Counted from the first letter of the stretch, positions 1 to 10,088 are shown. The stretch: DNA of 32,000 nt from Candidatus Helarchaeota ASGARD archaeon Hel_GB_B (GCA_005191425.1 SUPR01000035.1:984-32983), one strand, 5' to 3'. Made by a program: numbers and translations. The notes: generated by a model not told the origin, from the sequence alone.

Positions 1-765
1 CAAAATATTTCACAACCAGCATATATTGATAATACACTTGCAACACAACTTCATCTTGATATTGGTGATAAACTAATTGCAACAAGCCAAAGTTCAGGAG
101 TATTCCTTCAGTTAAATATAGTAGGTGTTACTACGTCTCTTAGTTTAGGAATCTCAATCAGCGGCTTTGGTGGTATGGCATATACGACATTATACACTAT
201 GCAAGAATTATTAGCAACAGACTCAGTCCAGTATGTGATGTTAGAATTAGATGATTCTTCATATTCAGAAAGTGTGGCAAATGCAATAAGAGAGACCTAT
301 CCTAATGCGCAAGTAATAACTCAGCAAGAAGTCTTGGAAATGACCGATCAAATTCTAAATATAATCTTAGCTGTTCTATTAGGCATGGCTTCTATTTCAC
401 TTTTAGTCGGTGCAATAGGGATTATGAATACGACTATGACTTCAGTTCTTGAGAGAACTCGCGAAATTGGTATATTAAAGGCAATAGGCTCAAAAAGAAT
501 AAATATATTACAGGTATTTCTTACTGAAGCGTTTATTATTGCATTAATCGGTGGAATTTTAGGTTGTATTTCAAGTGTTGTCCTCGTAATAGGACTGACC
601 ACATTAGTTAAAAGTTTTATGGGTTTTCAAATGCCCTATGTCTTCGATACTTCAATTTTTATTGGAGGAATGGTATTAGCAATAGTAATTGGACTTATTT
701 CGGCTGCATACCCTTCTTGGAGGGCAAGTAGCGTTAAACCTGTCGAGGCTTTGAGATATGAATAA
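1..765 (+). CDS. MacB/FtsX-family ABC transporter permease (5'-partial, begins before the window)
   Basis: Frame is open from base 1 to TAA at 763-765. The C-terminal FtsX domain has the typical motif 'IGIMNTTMTSVLERTREIGILKAIG' and ends 'AAYPSWRASSVKPVEALRYE'. Confidence 0.93.
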   Translation, partial: QNISQPAYIDNTLATQLHLDIGDKLIATSQSSGVFLQLNIVGVTTSLSLGISISGFGGMAYTTLYTMQELLATDSVQYVMLELDDSSYSESVANAIRETYPNAQVITQQEVLEMTDQILNIILAVLLGMASISLLVGAIGIMNTTMTSVLERTREIGILKAIGSKRINILQVFLTEAFIIALIGGILGCISSVVLVIGLTTLVKSFMGFQMPYVFDTSIFIGGMVLAIVIGLISAAYPSWRASSVKPVEALRYE

Positions 766-793
766 TTCACTTTTTTATTATTATTCATTTTTT
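766..793 (+). terminator. Possible archaeal oligo-T terminator tract
   Basis: T-rich run 'ttcacttttttattattattcatttttt' directly after the permease stop. This is weak evidence in an AT-rich genome. Confidence 0.25.
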
Positions 794-827
794 AGAATAG
801 ATTATTATTTAGCTATAAATTTTAGAA

Positions 828-832
828 GAGGT
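828..832 (+). promoter_or_regulatory. Shine-Dalgarno-like site (GAGGT) for the ABC ATPase
   Basis: GAGGT lies 8 nt upstream of ATG 841. Similar GGTGA/GAGGT/AGGAG motifs precede galK-like, HEPN and gcvH genes. Confidence 0.55.
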
Positions 833-840
833 AGTCTTAT

Positions 841-1758
841 ATGGCAGACGCAATAAGATTAAGAAATATTTCAAAAGTATATGATTTAGGACCAATAAAG
901 GTACAAGCGCTAAGAAATGTGAATTTGGAAGTTAAAAAACAAGAATTTACAGCTATTATGGGCCCATCAGGTTCAGGTAAAACTACATTATTAAACATGA
1001 TTGGGGCATTAGATTATCCAACCAGTGGGAGAGTTTTTTTGGACGGAAATGATATTACTGATTATGATGAAGGCGAAATAACCTTTATTCGCTGTAAAAA
1101 AATCGGATTTATTTTTCAATTTTTCAATCTGGTCCCTTTATTAACGGCAAAAGAAAATGTAATGTTACCAATGCTATTCGCAGGAGATTTGACAGTAAAA
1201 GAGGCGGAAGTCCGGGCAGTTGAATTATTAACTGAAGTAGGTATTGGAGACAGAATAAATCATGCTCCTCATGAATTGTCTGGTGGTCAACAACAACGAG
1301 TTGCTATCGCAAGAGCATTTGCGAATAAACCTGCAGTAATACTTGCAGATGAGCCAACTGGTAATACGGACTTTAAAACTGGAGTTTCAATTTTAAATTT
1401 AATGAGAAAATTGAATAGAGAAGAGGGCCAGACCTTTTTATTAGTCACGCATGACCCTGGTATAGCTGGAATCGCCGATAGGGTCATTTATGTTATTGAT
1501 GGACATGTTCAGTCCACATGCCCCGATAGAGTATCTCCTCCATCAGATACTTTGGTGGAATATATAAAAATAAATAAACCTAAAGAATTAAAACGCTTAA
1601 AAAATTTTAAGCGGCAATTAAAGATTATCAAACGAGATTTAGCCTTATTTAAGGCAAGAAAAAATGAGATTGATTTTGTTCAATATCAATATATTAAAAA
1701 TGAATATTATAAAATGCTTAATGAAATTGAAAAAAAGACCAGGTGGTTAACAGCATGA
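841..1758 (+). CDS. ABC transporter ATP-binding protein, LolD/MacB family, with ~80-aa C-terminal helical extension
   Basis: Walker A GPSGSGKT, Q-loop 'IGFIFQFFNL', signature LSGGQQQR, Walker B ILADE, H-loop LVTH. Confidence 0.95.
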   Translation: MADAIRLRNISKVYDLGPIKVQALRNVNLEVKKQEFTAIMGPSGSGKTTLLNMIGALDYPTSGRVFLDGNDITDYDEGEITFIRCKKIGFIFQFFNLVPLLTAKENVMLPMLFAGDLTVKEAEVRAVELLTEVGIGDRINHAPHELSGGQQQRVAIARAFANKPAVILADEPTGNTDFKTGVSILNLMRKLNREEGQTFLLVTHDPGIAGIADRVIYVIDGHVQSTCPDRVSPPSDTLVEYIKINKPKELKRLKNFKRQLKIIKRDLALFKARKNEIDFVQYQYIKNEYYKMLNEIEKKTRWLTA

Positions 1759-4700
1759 AATTTAAGAAAAATTTGTTTTGCATAATAATATTGTTGGGTA
1801 TACTTATATCTTCATATGTAATTTCTATTAAATTTTCTCATTTACAGCCAGTTAATTTATACAATGATCATGGGAATAAAATCACAAATTTAGAAAATAA
1901 CATTCCAGAAAATGTTGAAATAACTAAAACAGAATCTATGACTGTAAACATAAACCCATTTGGTAAAATAATAGAAAAACGTACAACAGTTACATTTACT
2001 CTAAGAAACCTTGGAAATAAGAGAGTAACTTTTCAATTAAAAGACCGAGTCGAAAAAGCAGAACCTAGAACTTTTCAAATAATTCGAGGCAGCTTTAACG
2101 AGGAACCAAAAGTAATATTTATTGATAATGGAACTTATGGCTATATGTTATTTAAATTTCCAAATATTACTTTAGAAGCTAATTCTAGGAAAGAATTTGG
2201 TTACGTAGTCAAAACAAAAATAGAGGTACCTTATACTATCCATTCTACATTTTATATAAATAACACTAAAATTGAATTAAATGAATCTGAGGAAGACCCG
2301 AAAATTATAGCACCTATTGGGTCGAAAATTACTCAAGTAATTAATATACAAAGAGTAGATAAAGGGCTATTTGGGATAAATTCAATGGTACGGGCACCAA
2401 ATATTGTATTATTAACTGTAATATTACCCTACTCTGAGCGTGAAGAGGATATGGACATTTCTGAGCCTGAATATTCAAGTCCTCCAGTAATGGAAAATGC
2501 TCTCGGATTTATCCAGCAAATTTCATGGATAGTTTATTCTAATAATTATACAGTTAATTGGAGCGCAAAAATACTGAGTGGCGGGGGCTGGGGTATATTG
2601 GAACTCCAACCAATGATGATAGTAATAACAAAAGCGACTGACATGACCAGTACAGCTCTACAAGCATTAAACGGTGTATTGGGTCTTATAGCTGGACTAC
2701 AAGGTTATTGGATAGGACTGGTCGCTGATTCGCTAATTGAAGAGTTTATGACGCTCTCTTCCTATATGAATTATATATTTGACATTATGGCTATGGACTC
2801 AAGTATCATGAATATGGGTGTCTACTCGATGATAAATAACATGATTATTGCTCTTGTTGAGGCTAATATCGTCCGCCAGTTTTTGCAAGACAGTATAAGT
2901 ACTATAGATGGCGTAATTGATGATATCGGTGGGTCGTTCCCACTCGATGCAATTAATTTAATTAATGTCCAGACTACATTAAATAATTCTCTTGATTACA
3001 TTACAGATATGGAGCGGAGGATAACCGCGTCATTTGGGGCGCAAATTATTCAGTTGCTAGGGAACCCTGCAGTCATAACAATTAGGAAAATGCCGATAAT
3101 GGACATAATATATCTTGATTATCTATTTATCAATGCAACTGCATCCGAGTTGTCTAATAACCAGACTGATTTTTACACAAAAATTGATATTGAAAATTTG
3201 ACTGCAATTAATGGGTTGGTCAATTTAAGTCGGACATATGAATTTAAATTAGGCAATTCTACTGGGTTCTTCTATCTGTTAGACCAAGTTTTTGGCAGAC
3301 CAATATTTAAAGAGACTAATGTTTCAGGTTCTCCTAATTCAACAGCACCCGGAATTTATACTTCATATTTAAGTATGTTAACCCCTAATGAAGGGTCATT
3401 CTGGTACACTTTAGGGAATTTAAGTAGGTCTATCGCAACTCAGCTATTGTTGTTAAATTCAAGTTTTGGTGGAAAATATAAGATTTTATTAAAAAATCAA
3501 AGTGCAAATGTGAATATCTCGTCTAAAGACCCATTTATCTTAGAAACTGGTTTTACAGGCTTAAATAGTTTTATGAATAGCCTTAAAAGTATTCAGAAAA
3601 AATATCAATCTCCATATGGAAATCCACCTGATGTATATATTCCAGAAATTAACTCGAATTATAATAATATGCCTTTTGGAGGTAATCTTTCAGAAGAAAC
3701 CCTAAATGTCTTGAATAACATGAGTTTTAATACTCAAATGCAGATTTATATGGAACCAAATTTGTATATCCGAAATACACTAAATTTTTCTCTACCAATT
3801 GGAAACTTAAGTAATCTTACAAGTAATTTTACTGGTACTGTCCCGATAGAAGTAGCCGACTATGTATTAGAAGACGGGACAAAACCGAATTGGGTAAATT
3901 CCACCATAAACGGAGTTCAATTCAATGATGCTACTGATCCTATTTTCAAGAGATTTATTGTTAATGGCATTTGTAATTTTAGTAAAAGTGTTTTAGTACC
4001 TGGTAAAAAATTAATGACTAATTTTAGGATAAATAGTACGGACGCTCGTATTGACCTTATCATATACGATGAAAATAATACTATAAAAAAATATAATTTA
4101 CAAGATCTTATGTCAAATATTAATGATTGGAATAATTTCACATGGGATTTGTCGAATCCCAATTATTGGAACTATTATGATAATAATTTTGATAATGACC
4201 ATATAACTAAGTTTGAATTTATTATAAATTCTACAAATCCTGTGGCATTTGATATTGACTATATGAATATGTCAAGGACTGTGCTACCATATCCAAATAA
4301 TATTACGTTATATGAAGGGTATGTCTACAGCAATGGAATAGAACTATTTGGAAATGTAACTAAATATGAGCAACTAAACGGTGGGCTAGAAATTCCGTAC
4401 TCTTTTATTGCTGATGTCTGCGGCGGATCTGATAACGAGGTAGTCGCTGGATCAACTGATGAAAATATTTATGTATTCAATGGGACGACTGGTAATCAAT
4501 TATGGAATTTGACACTTAATGGACATATTACAAACATGTTTGTCCAAGATTTTATTAAAGGCGGTAAAAATGAAATAATTTTAGGTTTAGACAATGGTTC
4601 TATTTTAGTATTAAATGGTACTGGTAGTCTTATCTGGAACTATTCGTTTTCAAATACAATAAATTATATGGCGATAAGTGATATTAATAACGATTCACTG

Positions 4701-7610
4701 GACGAATTGGTTGTGGGTGCAGATGATACCATTTTAGTAGCACTAAATAATTCTGGAAATTACTTGTGGAACGACTCTTTGAAGAATACGATAACTGATA
4801 TAAAAATTGTGGATATAAATGGTGATAATAAAAGTGAAATCTTGACCAGTTCACTTGCAAATTCTGTAAAATGTTTTAATGGGTCAACTGGTGAATTTAT
4901 ATGGAAAAAACGTTTCTATGATGATGTATTAAAAATTGCTATAGGAAATTTTACCGGAGATAAATATAAAGACATTGTAGCATATGTAAAACCAGACTAC
5001 CTGTATGCATTTTCGGGGTATAATTTATCAGATATTTGGGAAATAGAAACGAATGCTTATATAATCAATTTAGATACAATTAAAGTGCCACTCAAAAAAG
5101 ATAATATTGTCATAAGTACAGCAACAAATCTTACTTCATATTTCGGAAATAATGGAACAGAACGATGGACAGTCCCAACAAATTCTATAATTACGACAAT
5201 GAAAGTCTTTGACATAGATTCTGATTCTGCTGATGAAGTAATGATTGGCGCTAATTATCATAATATATCTGCATATTTGGATAATGGGAGCTTACTTTGG
5301 GAATATAGAGCAGATAGTGCTGTTAAAAATATTGGCATTGGTTATATTGACAATAATTCTGTTTATGATATAGCATTAGGCGAAAGCAATAATAAAATAC
5401 AAGCTGTAAATCTAACTTCATTTACTAAATTATGGGGAAATACTTTAGGAAAATGGATTTTATCGTTTAAATTTATAAGGACGAGCAAATATATTTCAAT
5501 ATATTATAATCTTCCCGAGCCTATTACCCATCTTATGCAAACTATTGGTGTTAACCTCCCTGAAATGACTTCTCTAGCAAATATCGGTAGCTTATCATCA
5601 TTGAGTGGTACAAATGTAAATGGACTAGACTCATTATCTCAAATTTCAATGAATCCGAGCGACCTGGAAAATTTTGGAATCAATGTTTCATTCACAGGAA
5701 TTGGTCTAGTAAACATTTTATTGTTAGAACTTGATCTTATGATCTATATTCAAGAACTTAGCGATATTTCAAATTATGAAAAAGCTTTTACAGGGGCCCC
5801 TGATGTAAAATATTATGGAGATAATTCAGCACCCGATATTGATGTTTTTGTTAACGATACCGTTGATTCACCGAATTGGGAATATGTACAATGTGATATA
5901 AGAAATAATGAAGAAGATCCAATTACGGTACAATATTTTGCGGTTACTTTAAAATATAACAACTATTCAATCCCTAAAGATCGAATAATAATCCAAGGAT
6001 ACAATGTAACTTCTAGTAAATGGATTGACTTGAACAGTAGTGTTATTAAAGACTTTGATTGGAATAGTATTGGGTTAAATTATGTCAATGGTAGCGTAGT
6101 GTTTAAAAATTTTATAGAAATTGATACTGATGAACGGAAATTAGTTACTACCGATTGGAAATTAAGACAATTACGTATTAAAATCAATATTTCCGGACTT
6201 TCACCATCAAACTTAACAATAAATATTTGGTCTGATTGTATTCAGGATTTGGACGGAGTTACTATGCAACCAATTAGTAGTTCTATCACGATCAACGCTA
6301 TTTATCCTACTGTACTTGTATTTCAAATACCTTCCATAGAAATACCTCCGAACCCCCAAGTAAATATCTTAAGGATAATTCTAACATCACCAGTTACTTG
6401 GGGTCTTGTTTTAGCTGCTGGTATTATTGGTTTTGTTTATCAAAATTTAAATAAACGTGAAAAATTCAGATATAATAAAATTGCCACCAATAAAATGCTG
6501 AAATGGCTCAAGAAAGAACAAAATAAATGGGACGCTGCACTACTAAATGGGACTATTAATATTAAAAAATATTCAAGCCTTAACCGCCTGAGACTTAGAT
6601 TGATGCACGATTTTAGACAGCCTAAAGAGAAATTTCTGCAGTTTGTATTTAAATATAATAGTATAATTGAGTCTTATAAAATTATGAAAGATACATCCCA
6701 TATCTTCCTCTTAAAAGGATTCTGGCGAGATATTGATCAAAGATCTAAATTAGCTTTAGTCTTAGACCGAATTGTTCATTATATTTTATTACCCGTAAAT
6801 TACATTCTAATTGGATTATTCTGGATTCCAAAAGGAATATACAAACTGTTAGTAAAAATCTTCGTCAAAAAACAAAAAATAATCGTCAAGAAAAAAGCAT
6901 TAATCAGTGATAATGACTTAGACCAAAATGAAATAGAAATAAAACCACCTGTAAAAACTATAAGTCAAAGTAGTGGAAATGAAGAGCTTGATAATGCTTT
7001 ATCTAAATATTTAAAAGATGTTAGGTCTAGCAAACAAAAAAAGAAAAAGAAGTCAAACAAAAAATGGCACGGAAAAACAATGAACGATGGAGGTACCACT
7101 AATGATAATAAATTACCTGAACTAGAAACAAAAATTGGTAAAACATTTTATTTTATAGCTGAAAATAAATATATTGGCAGAAAAGTGAACGAAATTGCTA
7201 AATTTCTAGGTGTATCTATTCATGAGGTAATATTTTATTTGATAAAACTATATGAACAAGGCCTAATCTCCCAAATAAAAGAAGGTAAAACCCTTGGTGA
7301 AGATATCTGGGATGTAAGTTCTAGATTTAAAAAAGTCGACCCTGAACTCGAAAAAATTATTGAAAAAACAAAATACCTCTATGATGAAGTTTCCGAAGGT
7401 ATAATAATAACTGAAGCAGAAATAAAAAATGAAATAGACGAAACAAAAGAAGAAATTGAGGCTGAGCGCGTGCCTGAAAAAAATATAAATATAAAGGACA
7501 TAGAAATTCTAATGCCAAAACCAGTGAAAGTAGATATAGATTTACCTGAAATTAAAGAAAAAGAAACTAAAGACTTACCAACCGCAAAAATAGAAGAAAT
7601 TAAAGAGTGA
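1755..7610 (+). CDS. Giant (1951 aa) multidomain membrane-anchored surface protein with FG-GAP/PQQ-like beta-propeller and C-terminal winged helix
   Basis: ATG 1755 overlaps the ATPase TGA (ATGA), so it is preferred over GTG 1743. N-terminal signal/anchor MKFKKNLFCIIILLGILISSYVI; eight propeller blades at about 4407-5450; TM segment at about 6366-6440; wHTH-like segment at about 7128-7285. Confidence 0.85.
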   Translation: MKFKKNLFCIIILLGILISSYVISIKFSHLQPVNLYNDHGNKITNLENNIPENVEITKTESMTVNINPFGKIIEKRTTVTFTLRNLGNKRVTFQLKDRVEKAEPRTFQIIRGSFNEEPKVIFIDNGTYGYMLFKFPNITLEANSRKEFGYVVKTKIEVPYTIHSTFYINNTKIELNESEEDPKIIAPIGSKITQVINIQRVDKGLFGINSMVRAPNIVLLTVILPYSEREEDMDISEPEYSSPPVMENALGFIQQISWIVYSNNYTVNWSAKILSGGGWGILELQPMMIVITKATDMTSTALQALNGVLGLIAGLQGYWIGLVADSLIEEFMTLSSYMNYIFDIMAMDSSIMNMGVYSMINNMIIALVEANIVRQFLQDSISTIDGVIDDIGGSFPLDAINLINVQTTLNNSLDYITDMERRITASFGAQIIQLLGNPAVITIRKMPIMDIIYLDYLFINATASELSNNQTDFYTKIDIENLTAINGLVNLSRTYEFKLGNSTGFFYLLDQVFGRPIFKETNVSGSPNSTAPGIYTSYLSMLTPNEGSFWYTLGNLSRSIATQLLLLNSSFGGKYKILLKNQSANVNISSKDPFILETGFTGLNSFMNSLKSIQKKYQSPYGNPPDVYIPEINSNYNNMPFGGNLSEETLNVLNNMSFNTQMQIYMEPNLYIRNTLNFSLPIGNLSNLTSNFTGTVPIEVADYVLEDGTKPNWVNSTINGVQFNDATDPIFKRFIVNGICNFSKSVLVPGKKLMTNFRINSTDARIDLIIYDENNTIKKYNLQDLMSNINDWNNFTWDLSNPNYWNYYDNNFDNDHITKFEFIINSTNPVAFDIDYMNMSRTVLPYPNNITLYEGYVYSNGIELFGNVTKYEQLNGGLEIPYSFIADVCGGSDNEVVAGSTDENIYVFNGTTGNQLWNLTLNGHITNMFVQDFIKGGKNEIILGLDNGSILVLNGTGSLIWNYSFSNTINYMAISDINNDSLDELVVGADDTILVALNNSGNYLWNDSLKNTITDIKIVDINGDNKSEILTSSLANSVKCFNGSTGEFIWKKRFYDDVLKIAIGNFTGDKYKDIVAYVKPDYLYAFSGYNLSDIWEIETNAYIINLDTIKVPLKKDNIVISTATNLTSYFGNNGTERWTVPTNSIITTMKVFDIDSDSADEVMIGANYHNISAYLDNGSLLWEYRADSAVKNIGIGYIDNNSVYDIALGESNNKIQAVNLTSFTKLWGNTLGKWILSFKFIRTSKYISIYYNLPEPITHLMQTIGVNLPEMTSLANIGSLSSLSGTNVNGLDSLSQISMNPSDLENFGINVSFTGIGLVNILLLELDLMIYIQELSDISNYEKAFTGAPDVKYYGDNSAPDIDVFVNDTVDSPNWEYVQCDIRNNEEDPITVQYFAVTLKYNNYSIPKDRIIIQGYNVTSSKWIDLNSSVIKDFDWNSIGLNYVNGSVVFKNFIEIDTDERKLVTTDWKLRQLRIKINISGLSPSNLTINIWSDCIQDLDGVTMQPISSSITINAIYPTVLVFQIPSIEIPPNPQVNILRIILTSPVTWGLVLAAGIIGFVYQNLNKREKFRYNKIATNKMLKWLKKEQNKWDAALLNGTINIKKYSSLNRLRLRLMHDFRQPKEKFLQFVFKYNSIIESYKIMKDTSHIFLLKGFWRDIDQRSKLALVLDRIVHYILLPVNYILIGLFWIPKGIYKLLVKIFVKKQKIIVKKKALISDNDLDQNEIEIKPPVKTISQSSGNEELDNALSKYLKDVRSSKQKKKKKSNKKWHGKTMNDGGTTNDNKLPELETKIGKTFYFIAENKYIGRKVNEIAKFLGVSIHEVIFYLIKLYEQGLISQIKEGKTLGEDIWDVSSRFKKVDPELEKIIEKTKYLYDEVSEGIIITEAEIKNEIDETKEEIEAERVPEKNINIKDIEILMPKPVKVDIDLPEIKEKETKDLPTAKIEEIKE
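4407..5450 (+). repeat. Eight ~43-aa beta-propeller blades (FG-GAP-like Ca-binding DxNxD..E motif plus terminal Trp)
   Basis: Blades begin IADVCGGSDNEVV, VQDFIKGGKNEII, ISDINNDSLDELV, IVDINGDNKSEIL, IGNFTGDKYKDIV, DTIKVPLKKDNIV, VFDIDSDSADEVM, IGYIDNNSVYDIA. Each ends with an (L/I/R)W motif. Confidence 0.85.
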
Positions 7611-7618
7611 AACTCGGT

Positions 7619-8419
7619 CTATACAATTAAATAATTGTCAAATTCAGTTCTTTGTCCTAATCTTTTTTTCCTCAATTTTCTTGAATATGTATAATTAATT
7701 TTTTTAATGAGGACATCTTGTTCATTTTTTTTACCAGTAACAATTTCTAATTTTGAAGGAGTTATATACCCTTTTTTAAAATCAATTATAAGACTTTCAC
7801 CAGAATAACCTCTATCTGGTAATTTTCCTACTACATTCACGCCCAAGACTGGGACTCTATTCTCTAATGCTCTAGCTTTTAAATAAATATGCCAATTTTC
7901 AACGCCATCAGAACGAATCATTACAGGGGAAAATAATATATCTGCACCTTTTAAGACCAATTTACGGGGGGTCTCAGGGAAAGTCATATCAAAACAAATC
8001 AAAATACCCAGTTTACCCAATTTTGTATCGAAAACTTTTAGTTCTCCCCCAGGTTGAAAATACTTTTTCTCAAATAAATATAAGTGCTGCTTCTGCTGAA
8101 TTCCAATTCTTTCCCCTTTTGAATTAAATAGAGATGATGTGATCACCAGGATATTTCCTGACCTCTGCCAAATAGCCCCACCTATTATATAAATACCAAA
8201 TTCTCTGGCAAAATTACTCAATGCTTTATTACTAATACCATTTAGCTCTTCTGGATCATTTTTAACCGTTCCATCAAAATAATTCCATCTCTCCGGTAGA
8301 CATGCTATATCAGCTCCAAGATCACTTGCTTTTTTCAATTGTTCCCCTATTTTTTTGATTGTAATCTCTTTATCATTATAAATTTTTGACTGAATTGCCG
8401 CTATTGTTATTTCTTCCAA
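7619..8419 (-). CDS. Carbon-nitrogen hydrolase (nitrilase superfamily)
   Basis: Catalytic Glu-Lys-Cys triad motifs: 'CLPE', 'QQKQHLY', 'ICFDMTFPE'; also 'ARALENRVPV'. TTG start. Confidence 0.9.
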   Translation of the reverse strand: MEEITIAAIQSKIYNDKEITIKKIGEQLKKASDLGADIACLPERWNYFDGTVKNDPEELNGISNKALSNFAREFGIYIIGGAIWQRSGNILVITSSLFNSKGERIGIQQKQHLYLFEKKYFQPGGELKVFDTKLGKLGILICFDMTFPETPRKLVLKGADILFSPVMIRSDGVENWHIYLKARALENRVPVLGVNVVGKLPDRGYSGESLIIDFKKGYITPSKLEIVTGKKNEQDVLIKKINYTYSRKLRKKRLGQRTEFDNYLIV

Positions 8420-8513
8420 TTAAATCACATCAATTAAATAGATTAAAAATTATTTAAAATTTAGTTACTTATAATTATTCTAATATAATTTTCAAAACAC
8501 AAGATGAATCATT

Positions 8514-9137
8514 ATGGAAGAACAAATCGCGGTCAAAGGAAATAATAAATCTAAAAAGTCTTCAAAGAAAAACAAAAATAATAAAAATAATTTAGAAATT
8601 GAAAAAAATAGAAAATATTGGATTTATAGAGGACTTGGTATTGGTGGTGGTGTTCTTGCATTAATAACTTTATTTTTACCTTGGTATCAAGTAATAGGGA
8701 GTGTACTTTTAACGATAACTCCTATATATATATATTATAATGGATATTATATGTATTTTTGGGATTATTATGTGGCAATTAACATAGATTATGGTTTTCT
8801 GGTCATAATAATCGCAATGGATATTTGTTTAGCATTAATAATATTATCTACTATATACAGCCTAATTAAACTTTCACGAGCCCCAAGCTCTATGATAATG
8901 ACCACAATTATTTTATCATTTCTCTTTTTTTCAATTCCAGTTGCAGTCATGTCTATTCTATCTAATTCATTTCCGTTTTTTGGGTTTGATGGGGTCAATT
9001 TATGGGGGTTTACAATTGGTTGGTTTTTATTAATTCCCGCAATGATTTTAAGTATGTTCTTTAGAAAACTCGTGATAAATAAAAAAGAAAAAATACAAAA
9101 AGAGTGGAAAGAAAAAGTAAAAGAAATGCAAGATTAA
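8514..9137 (+). CDS. Hypothetical 4-TM membrane protein (FLPW motif)
   Basis: 207-aa ORF with Lys-rich termini and four hydrophobic segments; 'LALITLFLPWY' ends TM1. Confidence 0.75.
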   Translation: MEEQIAVKGNNKSKKSSKKNKNNKNNLEIEKNRKYWIYRGLGIGGGVLALITLFLPWYQVIGSVLLTITPIYIYYNGYYMYFWDYYVAINIDYGFLVIIIAMDICLALIILSTIYSLIKLSRAPSSMIMTTIILSFLFFSIPVAVMSILSNSFPFFGFDGVNLWGFTIGWFLLIPAMILSMFFRKLVINKKEKIQKEWKEKVKEMQD

Positions 9138-9146
9138 AAAGATAGT

Positions 9147-10088
9147 TTATCCCGTTAAATCAAACATTTTATCTATTCCTATTTTTGCTTTTTTAGAAAT
9201 TTCCGGGTCAATAATGACTCTATTCCTTTTTGGTTTTTTAAGCAAAATTTCGTAAATATTTTGCAGTGTATTACTTTTCATTGCCTTACATATTGCTGAA
9301 TCGAGTAATGGGTAAAACTTTTTATCGGGGCCAAAATCTCTATTTAATCTATCAGCAAGTCCTTTTTCTGTAGCAATTATAAATTCTTTATTTAGCGAGG
9401 TCTTGCAATAATCGTACATAATTTTTGTTGAGCCGACAATATCAGCTTTTTCAAGGACATCCGGTTTGCATTCGGGATGTGCTAATACTATGGCATTTGG
9501 ATGGGCTGATTTTGCTTTTTCAATGTCTTTAACAGAGAATTTGTTATGGACATAACAATATCCATTTTTAGGAACACTAATAATATATATATTTGTTTCT
9601 TTTTTTACCCATAATCCAAGATTTTTATCTGGACCAAATAAAATCCTGTTATTGTTTAATTTTTTACAGATATTTATTGCATTTGAAGAGGTACACATCA
9701 CATCAGCTTTAGTTTTAGCCTCAGCAGTTGTATTTACATAAAGGACAACAGGAACATCTGGGTATTTGCGCTTATATTCATCTATGATATTTGATGGACA
9801 CATTCTTGCCATTGGACAGAATGTTTCCAACCCACTGATATACACTTCCTTTTTCGGGTTCAAGATCACTGCAGTTTCAGCCATAAAATAAGCAGCAGCC
9901 TCAATAATATAATCAAAATTATCCGCTTTTTCTTTTGCAACTTTTGCTAAATATAAGCTATCTCCTATAGCATCTGCTATATCTTGGATATCTACATCTA
10001 CATAAAAATGCGCGAGGATCATTGCGTTCTCTTTTTCTTTTAATTCCAAAATTTTCTCTTGAAGTTCCTTATTTTTTTCAGACAGCAT
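9147..10088 (-). CDS. nadA: Quinolinate synthase A
   Basis: ILAHFY, GDSLYLA, FMAETA, CPMA, YVNTTAEAK, CTSSNA, PDKNLG, CYVH, AHPEC, CKAMK. The three 4Fe-4S cysteines are present. Confidence 0.96.
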   Translation of the reverse strand: MLSEKNKELQEKILELKEKENAMILAHFYVDVDIQDIADAIGDSLYLAKVAKEKADNFDYIIEAAAYFMAETAVILNPKKEVYISGLETFCPMARMCPSNIIDEYKRKYPDVPVVLYVNTTAEAKTKADVMCTSSNAINICKKLNNNRILFGPDKNLGLWVKKETNIYIISVPKNGYCYVHNKFSVKDIEKAKSAHPNAIVLAHPECKPDVLEKADIVGSTKIMYDYCKTSLNKEFIIATEKGLADRLNRDFGPDKKFYPLLDSAICKAMKSNTLQNIYEILLKKPKRNRVIIDPEISKKAKIGIDKMFDLTG

